From assembly GCA_964610905.1 (NCBI GenBank), contig CAZSYT010000007.1:1465-65464 (forward strand): a stretch of 64,000 nucleotides of DNA. Direction: 5' to 3'. Of the stretch, positions 54,540 through 63,482 are shown piece after piece. The position numbers and the translations under genes were made by a program. Below the pieces are notes generated by a model that was given only the letters and a program-made list of their open reading frames with translations, was not told the DNA's origin and searched no databases. The DNA comes from an uncultured Acidimicrobiaceae bacterium (GTDB lineage Bacteria; Actinomycetota; Acidimicrobiia; Acidimicrobiales; RAAP-2). Every line of letters starts with the position of its first letter. The first letter of the stretch is position 1.

Positions 54540-56282
54540 GGCGAGGGTCGCCTCCCCGAGCGCGTCGGCGGCGTCCACGGTGACCACGTCGCCCGCCTCG
54601 ACGTAGCGGTACTTGCCGCCCCGGAGCCACGACGCCCCTGCGGCCACCAGGCACGCCGTGATCGAGAAGTCGAAGGCGGCGTGCAGCCCGTTGGCGAAGG
54701 GCTTCGAGATGAGGGCGGGGAAGAAGCTCCGGCCCGTCAGCACGGCGACCTGGTGGTGCGAGAGGTGGGCGAGCACGGGGGCGCCGACCAGGTGCTCCAC
54801 CGGGGTGTAGCCGAGGAAGGCGGCGAACAGCGTCGAGACGGGCGGCAGGTGGGCGGCGCGTTCCGCCACCGAGGCGGGGACGCCGTGGGCGACCAGGCCG
54901 TGGTAGAGGGAGGCGGGCAGGGTCGCCGACAGCCCCACGATCATCAGCGTGAAGAACACGCCGATGGAGAGCACCTGGGCGGCGTTCTGGAAGGTCGAGT
55001 TCATGCCGGCGCCGACGCCCCGGTGCTGCGGGGGCAGGCTGTTCATCACCCCGGCCCGGTTTGGCGCGGCGAAGGCTCCCATGGCGAGGCCGTTGAAGAG
55101 GAGGATGGGGCCGAAGACGCCGTAGGAGAAGTCGACCGGCAGGAGCTCGAGGAGGGCGAACGAGGCGGCGGCGGCCAGCATGCCGCCGGTCGCGAACGGA
55201 CGCGACCCGAACCGGTCGGACAGGTAGCCCGACAGCGGGCCGGCGCACAGGAAGCCGGCGGTGAGGGGGAGCATGTAGATGCCCGCCCACAGGGGCGTCT
55301 GGGCGAACGAGTAGCCGTGGCGGGGCAGCCAGATCCCCTGCAGCCAGATGATGAGCATGAACATGAGGCCGCCCCGCCCGATGCTGGCGAGCAGGGTCGA
55401 CAGGCTGCCCGCCGTGAAGGCCCGGATGCGGAAGAGCGGCAGGTGGAACATCGGGTCGCGCACGCGCTGCTCGATGAGCGCGAAGGCCACGAGCAGCGCC
55501 ACGCCACCGGTCAGGAAGCCGAGCACCGTCGGGCTCGTCCACCCCATGGTCGAACGGCCGTGGGGCTGGATGCCGTAGGTGATCCCCACCATCACCCCGA
55601 TGAGGCCCAGGGCGAAGGTGATGTTGCCGGGCCAGTCGAGCCGGGCGGTCGAGCGGCGGGGGACCTCGCGGAGCTTGCGGTAGGCCCACACCGTGCCGAA
55701 GAGCCCGATCGGCACCGACACGAGGAAGATCAGGCGCCACTGGATGGGGGCTAGCACGCCGCCGAGCACCAGCCCGATGAACGAGCCGCTGATGCCGGCG
55801 ACCTGGTTGATGCCGAGCGCCATGCCCCGCTGGTCCTCGGGGAAGGCGTCGGTGATGATGGCCGCCGAGTTGGCGATGAGGAGGGCGGCGCCCACCCCCT
55901 GGAAGATCCGCATCACCACCAGCCACAGCGCCGCCGCGGTGCCGGACATCCACGTGACGGTGAGCAGCAGCGAGAAGAACGTGTAGACGGCGAAGCCGAG
56001 GTTGTACATCCGGACGCGCCCGTACATGTCGCCGAGGCGCCCGAGGCTGACGACGAGCACGCTGGTGACGACCATGAAGCTCAGGATGAGCCACAGCAGG
56101 AAGAAGCTGTTGCCTGGGCGCAGCGGGTCGATGTGGATGCCCCGGAAGATGTCGGGGAGGGCGATGAGCATGATCGACAGGTCGATCGTGGCCATCAGCA
56201 CGCCGAGGGTGGTGTTCGAGAGGACGATCCACTTGTAGCCGTCGTCGCGGGCACCCTGGGCGAGCGGGGGGGCGGAGGCCAT
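54522..56282 (-). CDS. MFS transporter, DHA2 (14-TMS EmrB/QacA-like) drug:H+ antiporter family
   Basis: About 14 hydrophobic segments, with the motifs LGRLGDMYGRVRMY (motif A-like) and a motif C-like GPLSGYLSDRFG. Confidence 0.88.
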   Translation of the reverse strand: MASAPPLAQGARDDGYKWIVLSNTTLGVLMATIDLSIMLIALPDIFRGIHIDPLRPGNSFFLLWLILSFMVVTSVLVVSLGRLGDMYGRVRMYNLGFAVYTFFSLLLTVTWMSGTAAALWLVVMRIFQGVGAALLIANSAAIITDAFPEDQRGMALGINQVAGISGSFIGLVLGGVLAPIQWRLIFLVSVPIGLFGTVWAYRKLREVPRRSTARLDWPGNITFALGLIGVMVGITYGIQPHGRSTMGWTSPTVLGFLTGGVALLVAFALIEQRVRDPMFHLPLFRIRAFTAGSLSTLLASIGRGGLMFMLIIWLQGIWLPRHGYSFAQTPLWAGIYMLPLTAGFLCAGPLSGYLSDRFGSRPFATGGMLAAAASFALLELLPVDFSYGVFGPILLFNGLAMGAFAAPNRAGVMNSLPPQHRGVGAGMNSTFQNAAQVLSIGVFFTLMIVGLSATLPASLYHGLVAHGVPASVAERAAHLPPVSTLFAAFLGYTPVEHLVGAPVLAHLSHHQVAVLTGRSFFPALISKPFANGLHAAFDFSITACLVAAGASWLRGGKYRYVEAGDVVTVDAADALGEATLASAAEG

Positions 56283-56507
56283 GGGCGAAGTCTAACGTTC
56301 ACGAAAACGTTGGTTGCCAGGCCCTGCAGGGGCGGGGCACGAGCCCCGGGCACGCGCCGACCGGTCGGCTAGCGTCGGCGCCGGCCTGCCCGGGCAGCCA
56401 CCTGCCCGCCCTGTCGCGGCCCACCGCCGCGCCGCGTCAGGGCCGCGCCGCCGAAGGCGCCGTACCAGAGGTGCCCCACCTGAGGCGCCGTACCAGAGGA
56501 GGGAGCC

Positions 56508-57344
56508 ATGACGACACCGACCCCTGGGGACACAGGGGACGAACTGGTCGTCACGACCGAAGACGGCGTGGCGACGCTGTGGCTGAACCGGCCGGCCAAG
56601 CGCAACGCCGTCACCCTCGCCATGTGGCGGGCGATCGCCCGGCACTGCCGACGTCTCGCTGGCGATCCCGAGGTGCGGGTGCTCGTCGTGCGAGGCGTGG
56701 GCGGCCACTTCTGCGCCGGGGCCGACATCGCCGACCTGGCTGCCGTGGACCTTGCGGAGTACCACGAGGTCAACGCCGAGGCCGACGCCGCCCTCGCCGC
56801 GTTCCCGAAGCCGACGGTCGCCGTGGTGACGGGCGCGTGCGTGGGCGGAGGGACTGAGATCGCCGTGGCCTGCGACCTCCGGCTCGCCGACACCTCGGCG
56901 CGGGTCGGCATCACCCCGGCCCGCCTGGGCATCGTCTACCCGGCCATCGCCCTCGAGCGGGTCGTGCGGCTCGCCGGTCCGTCCGCCACCAAGCACCTCC
57001 TCTACTCGGCCGAGATCGTCGACGCCGAGCGGGCGCTCCGCGTCGGGCTGCTCGACGAGGTCTACCCGGTCGGCGAGCTCGACGCCCGGGTCGAGGCCTT
57101 CACGGCGCTGCTCGCCCGCGAGCGGTCACTCCTCACCCAGATGGCCAGCAAGGAGCTGGTCGACGCGGCGAGCGTGCACGGTACGGTCGACCCCGCGCTC
57201 GCCGCCCGGTGGTCCGCCGAGGCATCGGTGGGCCCCGACGCCGCCGAGGGGATGGCCGCCTTCCTCGAACGTCGCGACCCGGTCTTCACGTGGGCACCGG
57301 GGGCGGAGGGGGGTCGGGGCCGGTCGGGAGGTACCGGGTCGTAG
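56508..57344 (+). CDS. Enoyl-CoA hydratase/isomerase (crotonase) family protein
   Basis: LNRPAKRNA, GHFCAGADI and GACVGGGTEIAVACDLR crotonase motifs. Confidence 0.87.
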   Translation: MTTPTPGDTGDELVVTTEDGVATLWLNRPAKRNAVTLAMWRAIARHCRRLAGDPEVRVLVVRGVGGHFCAGADIADLAAVDLAEYHEVNAEADAALAAFPKPTVAVVTGACVGGGTEIAVACDLRLADTSARVGITPARLGIVYPAIALERVVRLAGPSATKHLLYSAEIVDAERALRVGLLDEVYPVGELDARVEAFTALLARERSLLTQMASKELVDAASVHGTVDPALAARWSAEASVGPDAAEGMAAFLERRDPVFTWAPGAEGGRGRSGGTGS

Positions 57345-57369
57345 CTCCGGTGCCGGGTCCGGCGTCGGC

Positions 57370-57411
57370 GCGCCCCGGACGCGGCGCCCCGGACGCCGCG
57401 CCCCGGACGGG
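57370..57411. repeat. 3 x 14-bp intergenic tandem repeat (gcgccccggacgNN)
   Basis: gcgccccggac recurs at 57370, 57384 and 57398, between the convergent crotonase and GNAT genes. Confidence 0.85.
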
Positions 57412-57461
57412 CGTCGCGTGCCGTCAGGCCTCGGGCAGCCGAGGGGTGGCGGGCACCTTGT

Positions 57462-57980
57462 TCACGCCTCGCGTTCGAGCACCCAGCGCGTCGTCACCTG
57501 GGGGAAGTTGAGCGGACCGGGAACGGTCTCGTGGCTGAAGCAGTAGGCGAACCCCGTCCGCTGGAGGGTGCGGTTCGGGGCGACGTTCAAGGCGTTCGGC
57601 TCGCAGTAGAGGCGTCGGAGCTCGAAGACCTCGAAGTAGACGGCGACCGACTTCGCGACGAGCTCGCTGCCGAGCCCCTTGCGGCGGAGGGTGGGCTCGA
57701 CGACGTGGAGGTGCATGAACGCCTCGACGCCGTACCTGATGCGGTCCAGCGAGCTGAAGCCGATGGGACGGCCGTCGAGCTCCCAGACGAGCGTGTACTG
57801 CTCGCGCTCCCGTAGTGGACGGGCGCAGTCGCGTTCGTGGAACGCCTGCCAGGTGGCAGGGTCGGGCAGCGAGGCCCGGTCCACGCCCATGCGGGCGAGG
57901 TGGCTGTCGGAGGCGTCGTGGAAGTACCGGATCCGGAGGTCGGCCTCCGACGGCAGCATCTCCCGTACCGAGGTGCCCAT
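57462..57980 (-). CDS. GNAT family N-acetyltransferase
   Basis: 172 aa with the acetyl-CoA binding segment HVVEPTLRRKGLGSELV. The internal ATG was chosen because the upstream part of the track ORF runs through the tRNA gene. Confidence 0.75.
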   Translation of the reverse strand: MGTSVREMLPSEADLRIRYFHDASDSHLARMGVDRASLPDPATWQAFHERDCARPLREREQYTLVWELDGRPIGFSSLDRIRYGVEAFMHLHVVEPTLRRKGLGSELVAKSVAVYFEVFELRRLYCEPNALNVAPNRTLQRTGFAYCFSHETVPGPLNFPQVTTRWVLEREA

Positions 57981-58063
57981 GGGCACAGTCTGGCCCCAAC
58001 GGTGACGGCGCCGCCCGGCTCGTCCGAGGGGAGCGGGTGCGAGCCCCCGGCTCCGGGGTGCTC

Positions 58064-58141
58064 TGGTCGGGCTGCCCGGATTTGAACCGGGGACCTCTGC
58101 GTCCCGAACGCAGCGCGCTAACCAAACTGCGCCACAGCCCG
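58064..58141 (-). tRNA. tRNA-Pro (anticodon CGG), CCA encoded
   Basis: The minus strand folds as a cloverleaf. Acceptor stem CGGGCUG/CAGCCCG, D stem GCGC/GCGC, anticodon stem CUGCG/CGCAG with loop UUCGGGA, T arm CCCGG-UUCAAAU-CCGGG, then ACCA. Confidence 0.93.
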
Positions 58142-58250
58142 TCGGCACGGCCGCCGTGCGCGCACGCACCCGGTCGGCGACGGGTCGATGCTAGTCGACC
58201 GCCGGAGGCGCCGGCTCCGGCGGTCGCACCCCGACGACCCGGTGAGCGCG

Positions 58251-58274
58251 GCTACTCGGCTACTCGGCTACTCG
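58251..58274. repeat. 3 x 8-bp perfect tandem repeat (gctactcg) spanning the corC-like stop codon
   Basis: gctactcg gctactcg gctactcg. On the minus strand this gives TAG in all three reading frames. Confidence 0.9.
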
Positions 58275-59311
58275 GCTGCAGGCTCGCCGGGCTCCGGGTC
58301 GCCCGACGGCGGCGCGAGGTCGTCGGGACCGGGCCCGGCCGGCAGCGACCGCCGGGCCACCACCTTGGCGATCCGGCGGCGGTCCATCTCGGCCACCCGC
58401 AGGTCCCAGCCGTCGACGGCCACCGCCTCGCCCTCCGTCGGGATGTGACCGAACCGCTCGAAGAGGAAGCCCCCGAGGGTGACGTACTCGCCGTCGGGGA
58501 TGTCGATGGCGAGGCGCTCGCGGACGTCGTCGACGCCCATCCGTCCGTCCACGAGCCACCGGTTCTGGTCGACCCGGACGACGTCGGGCTCGTCGAGGGG
58601 GTCGAACTCGTCGGGGAGGTCGCCCACGAGGGCGGCGAGGATGTCCTTGATGGTGAGGACGCCTTCGACGCCGCCGTGCTCGTCGACCACCACGGCGAAG
58701 GCCCGGCGCTGGCGCCGCATCTCGGCGAGCACCTCGAGCACGGGCAGCGACTCGGGGACGAGGAACGGCTGGCGCAGGCGGCGTGAGACCTGGAGCGGCT
58801 CGGGGAGCGGTCGCTCGACCCGCTCGCCGGTGGTGTCGTCGGGTCCCCCTCCGGCGGCACTCCCCGGCTCGCCGAGGCGGGCCTGCCCGGGCTCGCCCCC
58901 GGACAGCCCGCCGGTCATCCGCCACCCCGCCCGGAACAGGTCGTTGACGAAGAGCACGCCGATCAGGTCGTCGAGGTCCTCGTCGTAGACGGGGAACGAC
59001 CGGTGGCCCGACTCGCGCACGGCTCGGGTGACGTCATCGGCGGTGACGGGGATGGCCAGCCCGACCACGTCGACCCGAGGCGTCATCACCTCGCGCACGA
59101 CCATCGTGTCGAGGTCGACCAGTGCGCCCTCGATGACGCGGAGCTGGGACGCGGAGTCGTGGCCGGCCCGCTCCTCGCCGGGGGCCTCGACGCGACGGTG
59201 GTGCCCGCGTCGACCGTCCCCCGGCCCTCGTCGACCCCGACGTCCGCGTCTGCCGCCGTCCGCCGCGCTCCTGCGGGGCTCCTGCGGTGTGTCGTCGTGC
59301 TTGCCGAACAC
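58268..59311 (-). CDS. CorC/YbeX-like protein (CBS pair plus CorC_HlyC transporter-associated domain, no membrane domain)
   Basis: VREVMTPRVDVV and a CBS pair, then the CorC_HlyC C-terminus (VDGRMGVDDV......DIPDGEYVTLGGFLFERFGHIPTEGE). The start was set at the in-frame GTG at 59311. A Gly-rich insert separates the two CBS motifs. Confidence 0.78.
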   Translation of the reverse strand: MFGKHDDTPQEPRRSAADGGRRGRRGRRGPGDGRRGHHRRVEAPGEERAGHDSASQLRVIEGALVDLDTMVVREVMTPRVDVVGLAIPVTADDVTRAVRESGHRSFPVYDEDLDDLIGVLFVNDLFRAGWRMTGGLSGGEPGQARLGEPGSAAGGGPDDTTGERVERPLPEPLQVSRRLRQPFLVPESLPVLEVLAEMRRQRRAFAVVVDEHGGVEGVLTIKDILAALVGDLPDEFDPLDEPDVVRVDQNRWLVDGRMGVDDVRERLAIDIPDGEYVTLGGFLFERFGHIPTEGEAVAVDGWDLRVAEMDRRRIAKVVARRSLPAGPGPDDLAPPSGDPEPGEPAAE

Positions 59312-59343
59312 CGTGCGCAGTGTCGGTCCCGCCCGGCGGCCGC

Positions 59344-59769
59344 TCAGCCCCCGAGCGCGGTCGCCGAGGTCAGCGGCTGGTACGACGGGTCCTCGAAGGT
59401 CCCCCCGGCGAGCAGTGCATCGACGGCGCGCCGGATGCGGATCGGGTCGAGCGGCTTGACGAGCCAGCCCTCGGCGCCCGAGCGCCGGGCCAGGAACACG
59501 TCCGGGCGGCGGTCGAGGAGCATGAGGACCGGCGCATGGCCGAGATTGCCGTAGGACTCCTCGAGCCGGAGCTCGAGGCACACGGCCATGCCGCCCATGT
59601 TGCCCATCTGAAGGTCGACCACCACCAGGTCGGGGAGCTCCTCGGTGACGGCGGCGAGCAGCGCCGGCCCGGAGTGGACCTCGCGGACCTCGCGGTCGGG
59701 CCGTCGCACGACCGAGACGATCTCGGCGCGTACCGAGGCGGTGTCGCTGGCCACGAGGACGGTGGGCAC
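59344..59769 (-). CDS. Single-domain response regulator receiver (CheY-like)
   Basis: 141 aa with LVVVDLQMGNMGG containing the acceptor Asp and K in WLVKP. There is no output domain. Confidence 0.83.
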   Translation of the reverse strand: MPTVLVASDTASVRAEIVSVVRRPDREVREVHSGPALLAAVTEELPDLVVVDLQMGNMGGMAVCLELRLEESYGNLGHAPVLMLLDRRPDVFLARRSGAEGWLVKPLDPIRIRRAVDALLAGGTFEDPSYQPLTSATALGG

Positions 59770-59778
59770 GGGGCGAGC

Positions 59779-60981
59779 CTACCGCGCCGGCCGGGCGGCC
59801 TCGCCGGGCGCGGCGAAGAGGAGGCCCCCGAGCTCCACGAGGCCCGTGACGTCGTGGACGTCGCCGGCCAAGAGGGGCACGCGCACGACCGGAGCCGGCG
59901 CCACGGCGGCCACCAGGTCGGCGAGTGCGTCGTCCTCACGGGCCGCGGCCGCGGCGTAGCCCTCGGCGGTGCGAACCAAGGTGCCGAGCGCGCCTGCCCC
60001 GTCGGCCCCCGCCACGTCGGCCCCCGCCGGGCCGGCGTCGGGCCCTTGCCCCGACGGCGCCACCAGCGCCTCGAGGCGGGCGAGGTCCTCGTCGGCCACG
60101 AAGCGCGGCAGCGTCCGGTTGACGACGAGTGCGTCGACCCCGATGTCGGACTCGGCCAGCTTGCCGGCGAAGTGCACGGCCTCCTCGATCGACTCGCTGC
60201 GGGGTGACGCGACCACGACGAAGACCGTCCCCGTCTCCGTGAGCAGGTCGCGCATCCGGGCGGCCCGGTGGCGGAACCCCTCCTCCATCCCCTCGAACGC
60301 CTGGAAGAACGTGACGGCGTCGCGGACCACGTCGGCCCCGGCGACCTTGGAGAGGGTCCGCAGCAGGGCCTGGGCGGCCACGCCCATCACGCGCAGCGAC
60401 GTCCGCGTCGGCAGCATCAGCACCTGGAAGAGCCGGTTGCCGAGGAAGTTGGTCAGCCGGCGTGGGGCGTCGAGGAAGTCGAGGGCGTTGCGCGACGGAG
60501 GCGTGTCGACGACGACCAGGTCGAAGTCGTGCTCCTCGACGAGCTCGTAGAGCTTCTCCATCGCCATGTACTCCTGGGTCCCCGACAGGGCGCCCGTCAG
60601 GTTGCGGTAGATGCGGTTGGCGAGGATCCCCTCGGCCTGCTCGGGAGTGTCCGCGTACCGCTGTACGAGCTCGTCGAAGGTCCGCTTGGGGTCGAGCATC
60701 ATGGCGTGGAGGGAGCCCGGCCACGGTCCCTCGACGGCGGTGGGCTGGTTGGAGAGCCGGTCGAGCCCGAGCGCGTCGGCGAGGCGGCGCGCCGGGTCGA
60801 CGGTCACGACGCACGCGCGGCGTCCGTGCTCGGCGGCGTGGAGGGCGATGGCCGCCGCCGCCGTCGTCTTGCCGACGCCACCGGCGCCGCAGCACACGAC
60901 GACCGAGGCGCCTCCCACAACGGCATCGAGGGGCGACGGCCCGGCCGGTCCTCCCCGAGAGGCGGGGCCCGCCGCGCTCAC
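59779..60981 (-). CDS. ArsA/Get3-like P-loop ATPase (second subunit)
   Basis: Deviant Walker A CCGAGGVGKTTAAAAIA, and the DPARRLADALG and VVVDTPPS motifs. The GTG start overlaps the upstream paralog's stop as GTGA. Confidence 0.83.
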   Translation of the reverse strand: MSAAGPASRGGPAGPSPLDAVVGGASVVVCCGAGGVGKTTAAAAIALHAAEHGRRACVVTVDPARRLADALGLDRLSNQPTAVEGPWPGSLHAMMLDPKRTFDELVQRYADTPEQAEGILANRIYRNLTGALSGTQEYMAMEKLYELVEEHDFDLVVVDTPPSRNALDFLDAPRRLTNFLGNRLFQVLMLPTRTSLRVMGVAAQALLRTLSKVAGADVVRDAVTFFQAFEGMEEGFRHRAARMRDLLTETGTVFVVVASPRSESIEEAVHFAGKLAESDIGVDALVVNRTLPRFVADEDLARLEALVAPSGQGPDAGPAGADVAGADGAGALGTLVRTAEGYAAAAAREDDALADLVAAVAPAPVVRVPLLAGDVHDVTGLVELGGLLFAAPGEAARPAR

Positions 60982-61967
60982 GGCGTCACGCCCGCCGGGT
61001 CGGGCAGCTCGGCGATGCCGCCGGCCAGGGCGCGGGCCAGCACGGCGAGCTCGTCTGGGCCGATCCGGTCGGTGAACACGTAGGGCACCCGCAGCTGTGG
61101 CAGTGGCAGCTCGCGGGCCAGTCGATCGAGCTGCTCGTGCTGGAGGGCGACGCGTCGCAGGTGGAACGCCCGGGCCGTCTCGAGGGCCTCGACGAGCCGG
61201 GTCTCGACGTCCCGTCCGGATCGTGCCGCCGCCTCGGCCGCGGGCACGTCGAGCCCGGGGGGCTCGGCGAGGCACCCGTTCACGACGACGGGACCGAGGG
61301 CGACGCCGATCCGGTCCTCGAGCTGGTACGCGGCGTCGACGACCTCGTTCACGGGCATCTCCTCGGGCAGGGTGACGAGCACCACCTGGCACCGGACCGG
61401 GTCGGCCAACAGCTCGGCGACGTCGGCGGCCTGGGTCCGCACGGGCCCCGAGCGCGCCGCGTCGAGCAGCCCACCGGCCGACGAGAGGAACGTCAGGGCG
61501 TGCCCGGTCGCCGGTGCGTCGACGAGGACCAGGTCGGCGACGCCGGCCCGTTCGAGCTGTTTGACCTTGCCGAGCACGAGCACGTCGCGGATGCCGGGGA
61601 TGGCGCTCGAGACCACGTCGACGATCCCCGACGCGACGAGCCGCTTCGAGATGCGACGGAACCCGTGGTCGACGAGGTACTCGACGAGGGCGTCGTCGGG
61701 CGTGACCATCCGGGCCCGAACCGACCCCCGCGCCACCGGTCCGTCGTCGGTGGCGGCGTCGAGGACGACTTCGTCGTAGCCGAGCGACTGGGCCTGGCCG
61801 AAGGCCCCCGTGACCCCCGTCCGTCCCTCGAGCTCGACGACGAGCACGGAGAGGCCGGCATCGGCGGCGACGCGGGCGAGGGCGGCGACGATGGTCGTCT
61901 TGCCGACGCCGCCCTTGCCCGCCACGATGAGGACCCGGCTCTGGGTGCAGAATCCGCGGACGTCCAT
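60978..61967 (-). CDS. ArsA/Get3-like P-loop ATPase (first subunit)
   Basis: Walker A VAGKGGVGKTTIVAALA and LVLVDAPATGH. The ATG at 61967 was chosen. Confidence 0.83.
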   Translation of the reverse strand: MDVRGFCTQSRVLIVAGKGGVGKTTIVAALARVAADAGLSVLVVELEGRTGVTGAFGQAQSLGYDEVVLDAATDDGPVARGSVRARMVTPDDALVEYLVDHGFRRISKRLVASGIVDVVSSAIPGIRDVLVLGKVKQLERAGVADLVLVDAPATGHALTFLSSAGGLLDAARSGPVRTQAADVAELLADPVRCQVVLVTLPEEMPVNEVVDAAYQLEDRIGVALGPVVVNGCLAEPPGLDVPAAEAAARSGRDVETRLVEALETARAFHLRRVALQHEQLDRLARELPLPQLRVPYVFTDRIGPDELAVLARALAGGIAELPDPAGVTP

Positions 61968-62280
61968 GCCGTAGCGGAGCGTAGCGTCCGCGCCCTCCCC
62001 GGCTCGGGGCAGCCCGCCTGCTCCGCCGCCCGCCCGTCGGGCACGACCCCGAGCCCGGCGAAGGGCCTGGTGGCGGTGGGTGCGCGGCCCGGATCGTCCA
62101 CCGGCGCCGCTGCGTCGAGGAGCGCACGGACGCCCACCGACGGTCACGCAGGGGCCGCTCCCTGCCTCCCAGCTGGCTCTCAGCGCCAAACTCCCAGTTC
62201 AGAGGCCTTGTTACCGCGCAGGTTGACGGATTACCGTCATCGCCGGGAGAGCCCACGGGGGGCGAAGGGGGAGGCAAGCG

Positions 62281-62538
62281 ATGTCGCAGGCGCTCGACAC
62301 CTGGCAGATCAAGGCGTCCTGCCGCGGACCGCAGGCGGCGGCGTTCTTCCCGCCGGCGCATCCTGAGCGCAAGGACGAGCGGGCGCAGCGCGAGGCGCGC
62401 GCGAAGGCGATCTGCGCGACGTGCCCGGTCAAGCGGCACTGTCTCGAGTACGCGCTCGAGATCCACGAGCCCCACGGCATCTGGGGCGGCCTCAACGAGG
62501 TGGAGCGCAAGCAGCTGCTCGAGCGTCGCGCCTGCTGA
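62281..62538 (+). CDS. whiB: WhiB-family Fe-S transcription factor
   Basis: 85 aa with four Cys (C-x30-CxxCxxxxxC), the GIWGG turn and a basic tail. It is divergent from the ArsA-like pair, as whiB4 is in mycobacteria. Confidence 0.92.
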   Translation: MSQALDTWQIKASCRGPQAAAFFPPAHPERKDERAQREARAKAICATCPVKRHCLEYALEIHEPHGIWGGLNEVERKQLLERRAC

Positions 62539-62588
62539 CCCGGCGGTTCCTGCGGGCCGTGCGCCCGCTGCGGGGCCCGGGAGGGCGG

Positions 62589-63482
62589 TCAGCCCGGGAG
62601 GGCGAGGTGGAGCGCCCGGTCGGCGGCCTCGACGCCGCGCGACGTGCAGACCGAGGCCGGCCGCTCGCCGGTCGCGCTGCACACGCCGGCGCTCAGGGCG
62701 TTGGCCGCGGCCACGATCCCCTCGGCCGACGGGGTGCTCGGGGCGTCGAGGCCGGCCAGGACCGCCCCCTGGGAGAGGCCGTGGAGGACGGCCGGGGAGA
62801 ACCCGGCCGCCGTGGCGACCAGGCGGTTGGCCACGTCGACGAACGGGAACGGCTCGGCCGCCTCGACGGGGTGGTCGAACCGGTCGACCAGCGCCTGCTC
62901 GGCCGGCGTCAGCGTGGCGATGCGGGTGAAGCCGCCGCTCTTGTCCGTCCGGGTCGAGTACTGCTCGACGCCGGTGAAGGCGACGTAGGGGCTCGTGTAG
63001 ACGGCGCCGGCGAAGCTGAACGTCGGCGTCCCGGGGTAGGCGCTCGTCCCCGACGAGGCCGTCTCGTACAAGGCGGTGAAGTGGCCGAAGCGCGAGAGGG
63101 CGACGACGAGCGCCCACCGCTCGGCGGCGCAGTACGGGCAGTACTCGGCCCCGGTGTAGAAGACGAGCGGCTTGCCGCCCGAGGTCAGCCTGCGCATGCC
63201 GGGGAGAACCGGCTCGGGCAGGTCCACGCCGCTCACCGGGGCCGACACGCCGACCGTGTCGAAGGCGCTCACCGGCAGTCCGGCCAGGTCGGCGAGGGTC
63301 GAGGCGGGGACGGGCGTCGGCTTGTCGCCTCGTTGGATCACCGTCGTGTGGGTGAGCGCCACGACGACGAGGGCGATCACCAGGGCGACGATCACGATCA
63401 CGGCGATCCACGCGAAGCGTGCGGTCCGGGTCAGTGGCGGTCGGGCGGCCACCGCGGCCGGGGTCCCCGCCGCCTCGGTCAC
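62589..63482 (-). CDS. Membrane-anchored thioredoxin-like protein (DUF929-like) with a CxxC motif
   Basis: An N-terminal TM anchor (FAWIAVIVIVALVIALVVVAL), then a thioredoxin-like region with YCPYCAAERW. The GTG start overlaps the VKOR stop as GTGA. Confidence 0.72.
   Translation of the reverse strand: MTEAAGTPAAVAARPPLTRTARFAWIAVIVIVALVIALVVVALTHTTVIQRGDKPTPVPASTLADLAGLPVSAFDTVGVSAPVSGVDLPEPVLPGMRRLTSGGKPLVFYTGAEYCPYCAAERWALVVALSRFGHFTALYETASSGTSAYPGTPTFSFAGAVYTSPYVAFTGVEQYSTRTDKSGGFTRIATLTPAEQALVDRFDHPVEAAEPFPFVDVANRLVATAAGFSPAVLHGLSQGAVLAGLDAPSTPSAEGIVAAANALSAGVCSATGERPASVCTSRGVEAADRALHLALPG

Noticed and set aside
58064-58141. tRNA-Pro as an integration site for a mobile element
   Set aside because: No integrase, excisionase, direct repeat of the tRNA 3' end or GC-content shift was seen on either side within the window.
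57981-58169. N-terminal extension of the GNAT ORF (track ORF 57462-58169)
   Set aside because: The extension runs through the tRNA-Pro gene on the same strand. The internal ATG at 57980 gives a normal-size GNAT.
62539-62588. Hairpin GCGGGC-cgtgc-GCCCGC after whiB as an intrinsic terminator
   Set aside because: The 6-bp stem has no U-tract. It is plausible but too weak to annotate.
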